A stretch of 64,000 nt of DNA, from assembly GCA_050014435.1 (NCBI GenBank), contig JBEKDI010000016.1:410-64409 (forward strand). Reading direction: 5' to 3'. The notes under the pieces are model-generated. The model searched no databases. It worked only from the letters and a program-made list of their open reading frames with translations, and was not told the origin of the DNA. Of this stretch, positions 40,123 through 50,256 are shown one piece after another (positions within the stretch are counted from its first letter, which is position 1; the number at the start of each line of letters is the position of its first letter). This DNA is from Verrucomicrobiota bacterium. Its GTDB lineage: Bacteria > Verrucomicrobiota > Verrucomicrobiia > Limisphaerales > Palsa-1400. Position numbers and translations under genes: made by a program.

Positions 40123-41535
40123 TTACTTCCCCGCTTTCAATGGTACATAAATATCCGTGAACCCAAACGTCGGCGGCATCCCCTCCCGGCCATTCGCCGC
40201 CACCAAAAACGATCGGGCCTTCCGTGCTTTGCGGCCGCTCGCAGGCAGCCATGAGCGGAACAATTTCTCATAGCCCTTGGCGATCGCCCCAACCGGACAA
40301 TTCCTCGCCACCACATAATCGCCGCCCGCTATCGTTCGCACACGCACCGGCTTGGCGGGAACATACTTCTCATCCACCGTCACGCAGGCGTCATAGCGCA
40401 ATTTCTCCGGCGGCGTGACCTTCGGATTATCCAAGGGCACGCCGATGAGCAACGAATCCTTGCGGGGCAGCCCGTCCTTCATCAGCCTCGTCGTAAAATC
40501 CCGCCAGACCTGCCAGGCGCCATTGTACGGCCCCACATGCCGCATATACGCGACCCGCTGCGGCTCCAGCGTCTTCACTTCGATGTTCATTTGAGCCGGT
40601 TTATTCAGGGGCCCCTTCGGCTGCAACGGCATGTAAATATCAAACCGCAGTTTCGCGCGCTCGGCCGCATCCCGGGCATTCACCACCACAAGAAAGCTCG
40701 GCGCAGGCCGCAACTCCCGGGAACTGCGCGCGAGCCATTTGCCGAACAAGTACTGGTAGGCGTCCTTGACTTTCCCGAACGGGCAATTTTTCGCCACGGC
40801 GTAATCGCCGCCGACGATGGTCTGCAACTCCACCGGCTTCTTCGGCTCATAGTCTTCATCCACCGTGATGCACGCATCGTAACGAAGCTCCGCCGCCGGT
40901 GTCACCGATGGATCATCGTGCCCAATGCCGATGAACACCGAACTCTTGCGAACCTGCTTGTCCGCCGACAGCCGTGCCGTGAGGTCATTCCACGTGCGGC
41001 TGACACTTTCGTATTCGTATGGCCCGACATGCCGCAAATAAGCCACGCGCATTGGTTTGATTTTCCTCGTAATGACTTTCATAACTTTTGTTGTGATGTG
41101 ATTTGTGTTGAATGTGGTCAAAGGAACTCCCGGCCGAAAATGCACGCCGGACGGCGCGGCGAGAATGGCGATGGGCCCCGTCGCGCGGCGAAACCCCGCC
41201 GGTGAGACTCCGTATGCCGCCTTGAACGCCCGCGTGAACGCCTCATGTGCCTCATAACCCGCGTCCAGCGCCACTTGAATTACCTGCATCGCGCCCGACC
41301 TCAATTCCGCCGCCGCCCGCTCCAACCGCAGCCGCCGCACATGGTCCGCAATCGTCTCACCCGTCATTGCGGCGAAGACGCGATGAAAATGAAAACTCGA
41401 AAAACACGCCACCCGCGCCAACTCCTCCAGATCCAATGGCTCATCCAGATGCTCCTGGATATGCCTCAACACCCGCAGAATGCGCTCGTTATAATCGTTC
41501 CATGTTGACTTATGCTTTGGCTGTGTGCCGCTCAT
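40123..41535 (-). CDS. AraC-family transcription regulator with two GyrI-like effector domains
   Basis: The HTH region shows LDLEELARVACFSSFHFHRVFAAMTGETIADHVRRLRLERAAAEL and VALDAGYEAHEAFTRAFKAAYGVSPAGFR. Two tandem GyrI-like repeats follow (MRVAYLRHVGPY... and QRVAYMRHVGPY...). Confidence 0.85.
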   Translation of the reverse strand: MSGTQPKHKSTWNDYNERILRVLRHIQEHLDEPLDLEELARVACFSSFHFHRVFAAMTGETIADHVRRLRLERAAAELRSGAMQVIQVALDAGYEAHEAFTRAFKAAYGVSPAGFRRATGPIAILAAPSGVHFRPGVPLTTFNTNHITTKVMKVITRKIKPMRVAYLRHVGPYEYESVSRTWNDLTARLSADKQVRKSSVFIGIGHDDPSVTPAAELRYDACITVDEDYEPKKPVELQTIVGGDYAVAKNCPFGKVKDAYQYLFGKWLARSSRELRPAPSFLVVVNARDAAERAKLRFDIYMPLQPKGPLNKPAQMNIEVKTLEPQRVAYMRHVGPYNGAWQVWRDFTTRLMKDGLPRKDSLLIGVPLDNPKVTPPEKLRYDACVTVDEKYVPAKPVRVRTIAGGDYVVARNCPVGAIAKGYEKLFRSWLPASGRKARKARSFLVAANGREGMPPTFGFTDIYVPLKAGK

Positions 41536-41732
41536 CTGCGCGTTAGATTAGCAAACGCCATTACGGGCCGCTTGACTAATTTTGCGGTTTTACAATTCCG
41601 GCACCGACATTGGGTGCGATTAATACCCCAGCGCGGTTTATCACGTCCTGGCGCGTGGGTGACACTCATCACGAATCGGTGTCAGTGGTCACTTCAAAAC
41701 CAGCCGAGGAAGTTTATTGGGAGTAGGCGCGC

Positions 41733-42050
41733 TCAGTCCGTGCGCGAAGACAAATAGGCGCACACCAGGCACAAAACAGTGATGGACGCGACTCCAGTTA
41801 TCAGCTTGATGCCATCCCCGGCTCCCATGGCAGACACGACCTGTACCGGGACAACAACAAGGGCGATCAAGAGCAACAATACCGGAATCGCGCTCGGGCG
41901 GGCGGCATTGACCGTCCAGCCCATCCACTTCAGACCCCTTGGCACGATCACTCGTGGATCTGCCTTGCAATAATAGAAACCCCACTTTCGATTGCGCGGG
42001 TCTTTCCTGCAATTCTCAATTTCTTCTCGCGTCATATTGCCTCCAGCCAC
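41733..42050 (-). CDS. Small membrane protein, DUF5808-like
   Basis: RKWGFYYCKADPRVIVPRGLKWMGWTVNAARP is followed by two hydrophobic helices. Confidence 0.6.
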   Translation of the reverse strand: MAGGNMTREEIENCRKDPRNRKWGFYYCKADPRVIVPRGLKWMGWTVNAARPSAIPVLLLLIALVVVPVQVVSAMGAGDGIKLITGVASITVLCLVCAYLSSRTD

Positions 42051-42135
42051 TTAACTATCGCCGTGGGGGCGGTATAACCGATTCACGGCGAAACTCGAGC
42101 GTTTTTTATTATTCGGCGGCGAACCCGGCAAGGAA

Positions 42136-42242
42136 TGTAACGGGTCTGTTACGGCCCTGTTGCGTTTTTTGTTACGGTCTAAGTTGTTGATTATCAATCG
42201 TGTAACGGGTGTTACGCCGTTTCCGGACCTATCTATCAATCG
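42136..42242. promoter_or_regulatory. Operator-like palindromes and direct repeats upstream of the second giant gene
   Basis: TGTAACGGGTCTGTTACGG (42136-42154) and TGTAACGGGTGTTACGCC (42201-42218) are of the type GTAAC-N4/6-GTTAC. A half-site GTTACGG lies at 42171-42177. The palindrome TTGATTATCAA lies at 42187-42197. TATCAATCG occurs twice (42192-42200 and 42234-42242). Confidence 0.3.
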
Positions 42243-42438
42243 GACGTCGGTTGCGGGTATCCCGGGGACTTGGACTTATAATCCTAATCGGCGCGGGACA
42301 TCTCCAACCCTGAATATTCAAGTTAATTCAGGATTTTTCAGGCAATAATTAAAACCTTCCTTGAGAATGGTTGACTATCGCATCTTGCTTGAGGTCGTTG
42401 GGGGATTGTGATAGGCTGCGGGCAAGCATGAAGGATTT

Positions 42439-45400
42439 GTGAAACTCCCCATTCTCGCACGCATTGTCGTGTTGTCGCTTTTGTTGAGCGTCATGGCGCG
42501 CGCGCCGGGCGCGGCGGCAGGACAATTGCTGCGCGGCCAGATTCCTCCCGAGGCAAAGCTTTTGCAGCCGGTCGATCGTCTCGATGCCTCGAAGCGGTTG
42601 AACCTGGCCATCGGCCTGCCCTTGCGCAACCGGGGAGCGTTGACCAATTTGCTGCGCGATCTCTACGACCCGGCCAGCCCTCGGTTTCACCAATATTTGA
42701 CAGCCCGCCAATTCGCGGACCAGTTTGGTCCGACGGAACAGGATTATCAGGCCGTGACACGTTTCGCGCAAGCTTACGGCTTGAGTGTGACCGCCACGCA
42801 TCTGAACCGCGCGCTGCTGGATGTCAGCGGGGCAGTAGCGGATATCGAGAAAGCGTTCCATCTGCATATGCGCGTCTATCGGCATCCCACGGAAGCGCGC
42901 ACATTCTATGCCCCGGACACCGCTCCGACGCTGGATCTCGCCGTGCCGATCCTGGGCATCAACGGTTTGGACAACTTCGTGTTGCCCCGCCCAATGGATC
43001 TCAACACCACCGCCTTTGGCATGGGCACGAACGCGCTGGCTTATGTGACGGGATCCGGCCCGGGCGGATATTTCATCGGGGGTGATTTCCGGGCGGCCTA
43101 TGCGCCCGGGGTGGCTCTCAATGGCTCGGGCCAGTCTGTCGGGCTTTTCGAATTGGACGGTTATTATCCGGGCGATATTGCCGACTACGAAATTCTGGCC
43201 AAGCTGCCGAATGTGACGCTGACCAACATATTGTTGGACGGATTCAACGGGACACCGGGGAGCGAAAATATCGAGGTGGCGCTGGACATTGACATGGCGA
43301 TTTGCATGGCGCCCGGTCTGTTGCAAGTCATGGTCTATGAAGGGGAGATTCCGAATGATGTTTTGAACCGGATGGCGACGGACAATCAGGCAAAACAGCT
43401 CAGTTCTTCGTGGAGTTTTGGGTCTTCAACCGACCCGGTGCGCGACCAGATCTATCAGCAATTCGCAGCGCAGGGGCAATCCATGTTCCAGGCGTCCGGC
43501 GACAGCGGAGCCTATCCGGGAAGCATCCCGGCGCCATCGGATGACCCGAATATCACGGTGGTAGGGGGCACATCCTTGACGACGACCGGTCCGGGCGGCG
43601 CGTGGTCCGGCGAGACGACGTGGTCAGGCAGCGGCGGGGGGCCCAGCACTACATTCCCGATTCCGCCCTGGCAAGAGGGCGTGAGCATGTCTTCCAACTT
43701 TGGATCGATAACGATGCGTAATATTCCTGATATATCCTGCGTGGCTGCTGTTTCGATATGGTCGATCGCGCAGAATGGCCATCAGGGCCCGATCGGCGGG
43801 ACCAGCGCAGCCACACCGTTGTGGGCGGGCTTCATGGCCCTGGCCAATCAGCAGGCCGCAGCCAACGGGCGGCCCAGCATCGGGTTTATCAATCCGGCGA
43901 TTTATGCCATCGGCCAGGGCAACGGTTACACCACCGCCTTCCACGATATAACGAGCGGCAACAACACCAATGCAACCAGCCCGACGAATTTCTTTGCCGT
44001 GCCAGGCTACGACCTTTGCACCGGATGGGGCAGTCCGACGGGAAGCAATTTGATCAATGCCCTCACGCCGGACCCGCTGCAGATCACTCCGTCCGCGGGC
44101 TTTGTCTCGTCCGGCCCTGCGGGGGGGCCACTCAGCGTCACCGGTCAGACTTTCATCTTGACCAATATTGGACCGGGTTCGCTCAGTTGGGCGCTGGGCG
44201 GTGGTTCGTCGTGGCTCAACGCCTCGCCCGGCGGGGGCACTCTCACCGCCGGCGCGTCCGCCTCCACTGTAACTTTGAGCCTAAATGCCACCGCCAGCAA
44301 TTTGACGGCGGGAAGCTATGCCGCCACGTTGTGGTTCACCAACCTGAACGACCGCTTTGTCCAGAACCGTCTGTTGACCCTGGACGTGGTTGTTGCGCCG
44401 ATCATCAGTCAGCAACCTGCCAGCCAAAGCGTGCCGTTGGGGGGCACGGCGATGTTCAACGTCGGCACCGCCAGCAACGCCTTGCTTTTCTTTCAGTGGG
44501 AGCAGAATGGCACGAACTTGACCAATGGCGGCAACATCTCCGGCGCTTGCGGCAGCGAGTTGATGATTAGCAACGTGAACGCGGGAAATGCCGGCACTTA
44601 CAGAGTTGTGGTGAGCAACGCCGCGAACGTGGCCGTCAGCGATGGCGCCACTCTTTCCATCACTTCCTCCTCGCCGGTGATCCTCACCCAACCCATGAGC
44701 CAGACGGCGTTGCAGGGAGCAACGGCCACTCTGTCCGTCACCGGGGCTGGAAATGCGCCGCTTTTGTATCAATGGCAGTGGAACACAACGAATTTGACCA
44801 ATGGCGGCAACATTTCCGGCGCCACCTCGAACGTGTTGACGCTCATGAACCTGGCTCCCACCAACGCCGGAAGCTACTCCGTGGTGGTGAGCAACACCCT
44901 TGGATCGACCCCCAGTTCCAACGCCATCCTGGCGGTCATTTCTCCGACCGCCCCCGGAGTGGCCATGTCCACCCTCTATTCGTTCACCGGGGGGATGGAC
45001 GGGGGCAATCCGAACGGGTTGATGCAGGAAACCAACGGTAATCTTTACGGCACGACGCAGGCTGGCGGGTCCAATAATTCAGGGACAATATTTCAAATGG
45101 CACCTGCCGGTGCGGTGACGACTTTGTATTGGTTCAATAATGCCAGTAATGCGGGAAACCTGCCGGGCGCGGCGCTGACGCAAGGCCTGGATGGCGAACT
45201 CTATGGCACGACGGAATCTGGCGGCAAACACGGCGACGGAACCGCATTCAAGACCACCACCAATGGCGTGCTGTCCAATTTGGTTAGCTTCAGCACCGGC
45301 ACCACGGGCTTGGACCCGGCAGCCGCAATGATTCAGGGCGCCGACGGCGCTTTCTACGGCACGACATCCCACGGCGGCGCTTACGGGTTGGGCGTGGCGT

Positions 45401-48204
45401 TCCGCCTGACCACCAATGGAACCATGTCCACCCTGGTTGCGTTCAACCGCACGAACGGCTCCGATCCAGCCAATCTGGTCCAAGCCGCCAACGGCATCTT
45501 GTACGGCACAACCTTCGGCGGCGGCGCGAATGGCGACGGCACCATCTTCCAACTCACCACCAACGGCGCTTTGGCCAGCCTGGCCTCCTTCAATTACACC
45601 AATGGCGGTTCTCTGCCGTATGACGGCCTGGTGCAAACGCCTGACGGTAATTTCCTGGGCACAACCTACGAAGGCGGGGCTTACGGCTACGGCACGGTCT
45701 TTCAAGTTTCACCCGAAGGCGAAGTGGCGACGATTTATGCCTTCACTGGCGGCAACGATGGCGGGCACCCCGTCGACGCAATGATTGAAGGCAGCGATGG
45801 CAATTACTACGGCACCACGGCATTCAGGGGCGCTTACGACGACGGCACGGTTTTCAGGTTGTCTCCCGACGGCACCCTGGTGACCTTGGCGCAATTCGAC
45901 GGTTATAACGGTGCGAACCCGCAAGCCCCCCTGGTGCAGGGGACCGATGGCAATCTTTATGGCACCACTCAAAACGGCGGGGCCAACGGCATGGGTGTCA
46001 TCTTCCTGCTCAACCTCAATTTCTCCTCGTTGCAAATCAGCAGCCAGCCCTCCAACCAAAACGCCTATCTCGGAGCGGACGCCGTCTTCAGCGTTGCGGT
46101 CATCGGCAACCCGCCTTTCTTTTATCAGTGGAAGCTGGACGGAATCAATTTAAAGGACGGCGATGGCTTTTCCGGTTCGCTGACCCCCGTCCTGACCATC
46201 AGCAATGTCGGCTTGGGGAACGCCGGAGCCTATTCCGTCCTGGTCAGCAACGCGGCGGGTTCGATTTTGAGCGGGGATGCGAGCCTTGGCGTGATCTACT
46301 CCCCCCCGCAAATCACGATGCAACCGGTCAGTCAGACCTTGCTGGTGGGAGGAACGGCTGTGTTTTCCATCGCCGCTGTGGGCGATCTGCCGCTGTCCTA
46401 TCAATGGCAGGAGAATGGCGTTAATCTGACCGATGGCGGTCCAATCTCCGGCTCGGCCACCAGTAGCCTGACCATCACCAATCTGGTTGAGACCAATTCC
46501 GGAGCTTATTCCGTGATTATCAATAATCCCATTGCCAGTGCGCCGGTAGTCAGCTCAGAAGCCGTGTTGGCGGTGTTTGCGGTCAGCGCAGCCGGAACCA
46601 CCTTGGCCGATGTGTACTCGTTCACGGGCGGCAACGACGGCGGCATCCCCAACGGCCTGATGTTGGGGGGCAACGGCCTTTTGTACGGCACGACACAGAA
46701 CGGCGGCATGTACGGCGACGGCACGATTTTCAGTCTGTCAACGAACGGCACTTTGATCACACTCGCCTCATTTGACGGAACCAACGGCGCCATGCCTGTG
46801 GCGGGCCTGATTCAGGGCAGCAACGGCCTTTTTTACGGCACCACACAATTGGGGGGAAGCAATTCCGCGGGAACTGTTTTCAGCATGACGTCCGGTGGCA
46901 CGATCAACAGCATTTACTCCTTTGCCAGCACGAATGACAGCATCGATCCTTTTACTTCGCTGATCCAGGACGCCGAAGGCAATTTCTACGGCGCAAGCTC
47001 CAACAACGCCATGACCGGCGACGGCACTATATTCAAGCTGACCCCGGGCGGCCTGCTCAACACTTTCTATGTTTTCCCCGGCGGCTTCGATGGCACGTTG
47101 CCGGCGGGGGCGTTGACACTGGGGACGGACGGCAATTTGTATGGCATGACCGGTACCGGCGGGGCCTACACGAATGGCAACGTCTTCAGACTGACCTCAG
47201 AAGGGTTTCTGACCAATATTTATTCCTTCACCGGTGGTACTGACGGATCTTTTCCTTCCGGCCAGTTGGCGCAGGGCACCGATGGTAATTTTTACGGCGT
47301 GACCAGGAGCAATAACATCAATCACCTCCCCTTCTATGGCACGATATTCAAGATAACTCCCGGCGGCGCGCTGACCACTTTGTTTGCGCTCAACCCCTTG
47401 GAAACTCTTGCTGGTGGCACCAATCCTGTTGCCGGCCTTATTCAGGGCAGCGACGGCAACTTCTACGGCACGACAGAAAACGGGTTCTTCATCAACGACA
47501 CGGGCACCATTATCGACAGCTTGTATGGCACCGTCTTTCGCGTAACACCTTCCGGCACGTTCACCACTCTGGCAGATTTTAACGGCACCGATGATGGCGC
47601 CTATCCCATATCCGCGATGGTGGAGGGTCCGGATGGCAGTCTCTATGGCACGACAACCAACGGAGGTCCGGGTGGGCAGGGCACCATCTTCCGGCTCACT
47701 TTCACATCCGCTCCGCAAATCACCACCCAACCGGCCAGCCAGACAAATTTCGCGGGCGGGAGCGCGTCCTTTAACGTCACGGTCTTCGGCGCGCCGCAAT
47801 TGTTTTATCAATGGCAGGAAAACGGCGCGAATTTGACCGATGGCGAGAACGTCTCCGGCTCCGCCACGCGCATGCTGACTCTCAACACCCTCACCCCTGC
47901 CGATGCCGCAACTTACTCCGTCATCGTCAGCAACGCTCTGGGCTCGGTGACAAGCCTCGGCGCGTTTCTCACCGTCGAACAGCTGCCGGCATTTTTGACG
48001 GCCGCGCAAAGCAGCAGCGGCACGATTGCATTCACCTGGAGCGCGGCACCGGGGCTGGCTTATCAACTGCAATCCACCACGAATTTGGCTTCCGCCTGGA
48101 GCAATTTGAACAGCGCCGTGATTGCGACCAATTCCATCATGGGCGCCTCCGATTTCATCGTGACGAACGGCCAGAAATTCTACCGGGTGATTGTGGCGCA
48201 ATAG
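42439..48204 (+). CDS. Giant secreted sedolisin (S53) peptidase fused to Ig-like and 2 x 7 GloVer repeat modules (paralog of 4899..11009)
   Basis: GTG start at 42439, because the upstream ATG at 42428 hits a stop after 4 codons. Signal peptide KLPILARIVVLSLLLSVMARAPGAAAG. The prodomain (LYDPASPRFHQYLTARQFADQF) and S53 motifs IEVALDIDMA, ASGDSGA and IGGTSAATPLWAG are present. Ig-like modules are interspersed, GloVer blocks span ~44965-46020 and ~46600-47710, and the protein ends in the C-terminal module ...KFYRVIVAQ. Confidence 0.9.
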   Translation: MKLPILARIVVLSLLLSVMARAPGAAAGQLLRGQIPPEAKLLQPVDRLDASKRLNLAIGLPLRNRGALTNLLRDLYDPASPRFHQYLTARQFADQFGPTEQDYQAVTRFAQAYGLSVTATHLNRALLDVSGAVADIEKAFHLHMRVYRHPTEARTFYAPDTAPTLDLAVPILGINGLDNFVLPRPMDLNTTAFGMGTNALAYVTGSGPGGYFIGGDFRAAYAPGVALNGSGQSVGLFELDGYYPGDIADYEILAKLPNVTLTNILLDGFNGTPGSENIEVALDIDMAICMAPGLLQVMVYEGEIPNDVLNRMATDNQAKQLSSSWSFGSSTDPVRDQIYQQFAAQGQSMFQASGDSGAYPGSIPAPSDDPNITVVGGTSLTTTGPGGAWSGETTWSGSGGGPSTTFPIPPWQEGVSMSSNFGSITMRNIPDISCVAAVSIWSIAQNGHQGPIGGTSAATPLWAGFMALANQQAAANGRPSIGFINPAIYAIGQGNGYTTAFHDITSGNNTNATSPTNFFAVPGYDLCTGWGSPTGSNLINALTPDPLQITPSAGFVSSGPAGGPLSVTGQTFILTNIGPGSLSWALGGGSSWLNASPGGGTLTAGASASTVTLSLNATASNLTAGSYAATLWFTNLNDRFVQNRLLTLDVVVAPIISQQPASQSVPLGGTAMFNVGTASNALLFFQWEQNGTNLTNGGNISGACGSELMISNVNAGNAGTYRVVVSNAANVAVSDGATLSITSSSPVILTQPMSQTALQGATATLSVTGAGNAPLLYQWQWNTTNLTNGGNISGATSNVLTLMNLAPTNAGSYSVVVSNTLGSTPSSNAILAVISPTAPGVAMSTLYSFTGGMDGGNPNGLMQETNGNLYGTTQAGGSNNSGTIFQMAPAGAVTTLYWFNNASNAGNLPGAALTQGLDGELYGTTESGGKHGDGTAFKTTTNGVLSNLVSFSTGTTGLDPAAAMIQGADGAFYGTTSHGGAYGLGVAFRLTTNGTMSTLVAFNRTNGSDPANLVQAANGILYGTTFGGGANGDGTIFQLTTNGALASLASFNYTNGGSLPYDGLVQTPDGNFLGTTYEGGAYGYGTVFQVSPEGEVATIYAFTGGNDGGHPVDAMIEGSDGNYYGTTAFRGAYDDGTVFRLSPDGTLVTLAQFDGYNGANPQAPLVQGTDGNLYGTTQNGGANGMGVIFLLNLNFSSLQISSQPSNQNAYLGADAVFSVAVIGNPPFFYQWKLDGINLKDGDGFSGSLTPVLTISNVGLGNAGAYSVLVSNAAGSILSGDASLGVIYSPPQITMQPVSQTLLVGGTAVFSIAAVGDLPLSYQWQENGVNLTDGGPISGSATSSLTITNLVETNSGAYSVIINNPIASAPVVSSEAVLAVFAVSAAGTTLADVYSFTGGNDGGIPNGLMLGGNGLLYGTTQNGGMYGDGTIFSLSTNGTLITLASFDGTNGAMPVAGLIQGSNGLFYGTTQLGGSNSAGTVFSMTSGGTINSIYSFASTNDSIDPFTSLIQDAEGNFYGASSNNAMTGDGTIFKLTPGGLLNTFYVFPGGFDGTLPAGALTLGTDGNLYGMTGTGGAYTNGNVFRLTSEGFLTNIYSFTGGTDGSFPSGQLAQGTDGNFYGVTRSNNINHLPFYGTIFKITPGGALTTLFALNPLETLAGGTNPVAGLIQGSDGNFYGTTENGFFINDTGTIIDSLYGTVFRVTPSGTFTTLADFNGTDDGAYPISAMVEGPDGSLYGTTTNGGPGGQGTIFRLTFTSAPQITTQPASQTNFAGGSASFNVTVFGAPQLFYQWQENGANLTDGENVSGSATRMLTLNTLTPADAATYSVIVSNALGSVTSLGAFLTVEQLPAFLTAAQSSSGTIAFTWSAAPGLAYQLQSTTNLASAWSNLNSAVIATNSIMGASDFIVTNGQKFYRVIVAQ

Positions 48205-48299
48205 TTTGTGTTACAGGTTCCATACCGCTCCTATCCTTCGCGGAGGAAGGCGGCAAGGACCAGGCCACCATGCGTATGCGATCTTTGGACAAAAGAGTC

Positions 48300-49022
48300 T
48301 TACGCCTTGGTTTTGCGCGGCTGGCGGGAGTTGAAATAAAAGCGCCTGGACAGCGGGCTACTCAGAACAGAAATGCCAAGAGCCGCCAGCGCAGCGGTGG
48401 AGGGTTCAGGCACCACGGTCTCCTCGACCTCGACGTCGAAGGCGAAGGTGTTATTGCTCCCCAGCTTGCCCCAAGAGCCGAGAGAGAAGGACTGCGCCAC
48501 AACGGCCTGCACACCCTGACTGTTTTGATTCACCGCGATATCTGTCGTGCCGGAAGCGGGCACGACACAGAGCCAATAGGGATCGCCGGCTTGGAGGAAT
48601 GGGTTCTTGGTCGAGGTAAGAGTCAGGATGCCGTTGTTGTCGGCGGTGGTGCTAACATAAAGAAAGCTTTGCAAGTAGGTGCCGGTGGGAAGGTTTTGGC
48701 TGCTGTTGGGCTCGATGAAAACATTGGCGAGGGCACTTGCCGCAGTGCCGCCTGACATGGCGATGCTGAGTTGGTCCAGGTAGCCGGAGACCGTCGGTGT
48801 AAAGGCGACGGCTTCTCCGACGTATGGCTCGGGCGGATCATTGCCGCCATTGACCAGCCAGGCGTCGCCGCCGTCGTAAATGTTCCCCGGCTCTCCGAAA
48901 GTGTTATATGTGGTGTACGTTTGGGCGCCGGCCTGCAGCGCCACCAGAGCGGGTATTAGAAAAAGAGATTTTGCCCAAGCTCTCATCTTGAGTGAATTAG
49001 ATTTTCGCATAGTGTTGGGCAT
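48300..49022 (-). CDS. PEP-CTERM sorting-domain protein
   Basis: The C-terminus reads VVPEPSTAALAALGISVLSSPLSRRFYF, i.e. PEP motif + TM + basic tail. Signal peptide MRAWAKSLFLIPALVALQAGAQ; the start may be ATG 48986. Confidence 0.8.
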   Translation of the reverse strand: MPNTMRKSNSLKMRAWAKSLFLIPALVALQAGAQTYTTYNTFGEPGNIYDGGDAWLVNGGNDPPEPYVGEAVAFTPTVSGYLDQLSIAMSGGTAASALANVFIEPNSSQNLPTGTYLQSFLYVSTTADNNGILTLTSTKNPFLQAGDPYWLCVVPASGTTDIAVNQNSQGVQAVVAQSFSLGSWGKLGSNNTFAFDVEVEETVVPEPSTAALAALGISVLSSPLSRRFYFNSRQPRKTKA

Positions 49023-49241
49023 TTGCGCGGAAAAAGCAAGACAATAATGACGCAGTTTTGCGAACGATTGGATGGAAGCTGAGGGCCGCCAGTTGGACGC
49101 TGTGACAGGTTGAAGCCAGGGTTTGGAGGAGTCGCATTAGCCCGGCATTTTCCGCCTCGATCAGATAGGAATCAGGAGCGAGAGCAATCGAAGCCCAGGC
49201 ATCAGTGAATTCTGTTCTAAAGCCCCGGTAAATTCGATCCG

Positions 49242-49703
49242 ATGTCAAAGGTGAGAAACCCTGAACTAATCGATGCACATATGAGCGCGAAGTGCCAGGA
49301 GAACCTGACGGCGATTTGCTTTGAAGGAGTGTTGCTGCCGAATTGGGCGCGGTTGCTCTTCCTGGCAGAGCAACTTTGCGCAGTCGGGCAGGATGAAGAT
49401 CAGTGGTTTTCAAGGTTCACCAGTTGTTCCGGAGTTGACGACGCGCGCACGGTGATAGAGCAGTGTGAACTTCTCCGGGCGGGCATACAGGAACATCGCG
49501 AGTCGATTTCCACCGAGCTTCAGCGCAGCTGTTACTCTGGCCAATCAAAGCAGATTCTTTCAGCCTGGATGGATTCTTTGGATACGATGATTCGGCAGGC
49601 GCGAACCAGGAAGACCTGCTCGTGGATTGTCGAGGGAACGGAAGAGGCAGAGGCACCATTGAACTACCTGGACGACGGAGATGCCGCCTTGAGACGCATA
49701 TAA
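49242..49703 (+). CDS. Hypothetical protein
   Basis: 153-aa ORF with plausible codon usage and no recognisable motif. It competes with the antisense ORF 48997..49413, which looks less protein-like. Confidence 0.4.
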   Translation: MSKVRNPELIDAHMSAKCQENLTAICFEGVLLPNWARLLFLAEQLCAVGQDEDQWFSRFTSCSGVDDARTVIEQCELLRAGIQEHRESISTELQRSCYSGQSKQILSAWMDSLDTMIRQARTRKTCSWIVEGTEEAEAPLNYLDDGDAALRRI

Positions 49704-49809
49704 GGAGCCGCCAACTGCCGCAAGCTTGCACCCTCCGCCGGGTTGTCAACTGAACTGGCTTCGCAAAGAATAATGGTGTTTTGTCGCTGCCTGGGCCATT
49801 ATTCCGCCC

Positions 49810-50253
49810 GTGACAAGGCTTCCCTTGAATAGCGTGCCGATTTTTGCAGGGCTTAATGAGCGGGCCATGCAGATCTTTTTGGAGCATGCCAAAGAGATGA
49901 CGGTTTCCGAGGGCGATGTGATTGCACGGGAAGGGGAAACCAATGATTGCATGTATTTGATCAAGGCTGGCGAGGTGTCCATCTTCAAGAAATTTGGCAC
50001 GCCGAACCCTGTCAAATTGGCAACACTTGGAGCGGGACAGTGCTTTGGCGAGATGTGCGTGCTGGAAACCCAGCCCCGTTACGCCACGGCACAGGCCACC
50101 GGCCAGACCACAGTGGTCAGCGTTCCGACCTCTGCCTTTTTCCAGCTTTACCAGAAGGCGCCTGAACAATACTGCATCATTCTGCTGAGCATCGCCCGCG
50201 ATCTCTCGCGCCGGCTGCGCGAGTTGGGGGATGCCTTCGCCGCCCGCGATTAG
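49810..50253 (+). CDS. Cyclic-nucleotide-binding domain protein
   Basis: VPIFAGLNERAMQIFLEHA, GDVIAREGETNDCMYLIKAGEVSI and FGEMCVLETQPRYATAQA form the cNMP-binding beta-barrel signature. GTG start at 49810. No DNA-binding domain is attached. Confidence 0.8.
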   Translation: MTRLPLNSVPIFAGLNERAMQIFLEHAKEMTVSEGDVIAREGETNDCMYLIKAGEVSIFKKFGTPNPVKLATLGAGQCFGEMCVLETQPRYATAQATGQTTVVSVPTSAFFQLYQKAPEQYCIILLSIARDLSRRLRELGDAFAARD

Positions 50254-50256
50254 CCG

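Noticed and set aside
39881-40252. ORFs 39881..40252 (minus) and 39914..40150 (plus) between the VOC remnant and the AraC gene
   Set aside because: They are mutually overlapping with no motif. The minus-strand ORF overlaps the AraC gene 3' end. There is insufficient evidence for either.
48997-49413. 138-aa minus-strand ORF
   Set aside because: It overlaps both the PEP-CTERM gene start and the more protein-like plus-strand ORF 49242..49703. It is Ser/Ala/Leu/Arg-rich.
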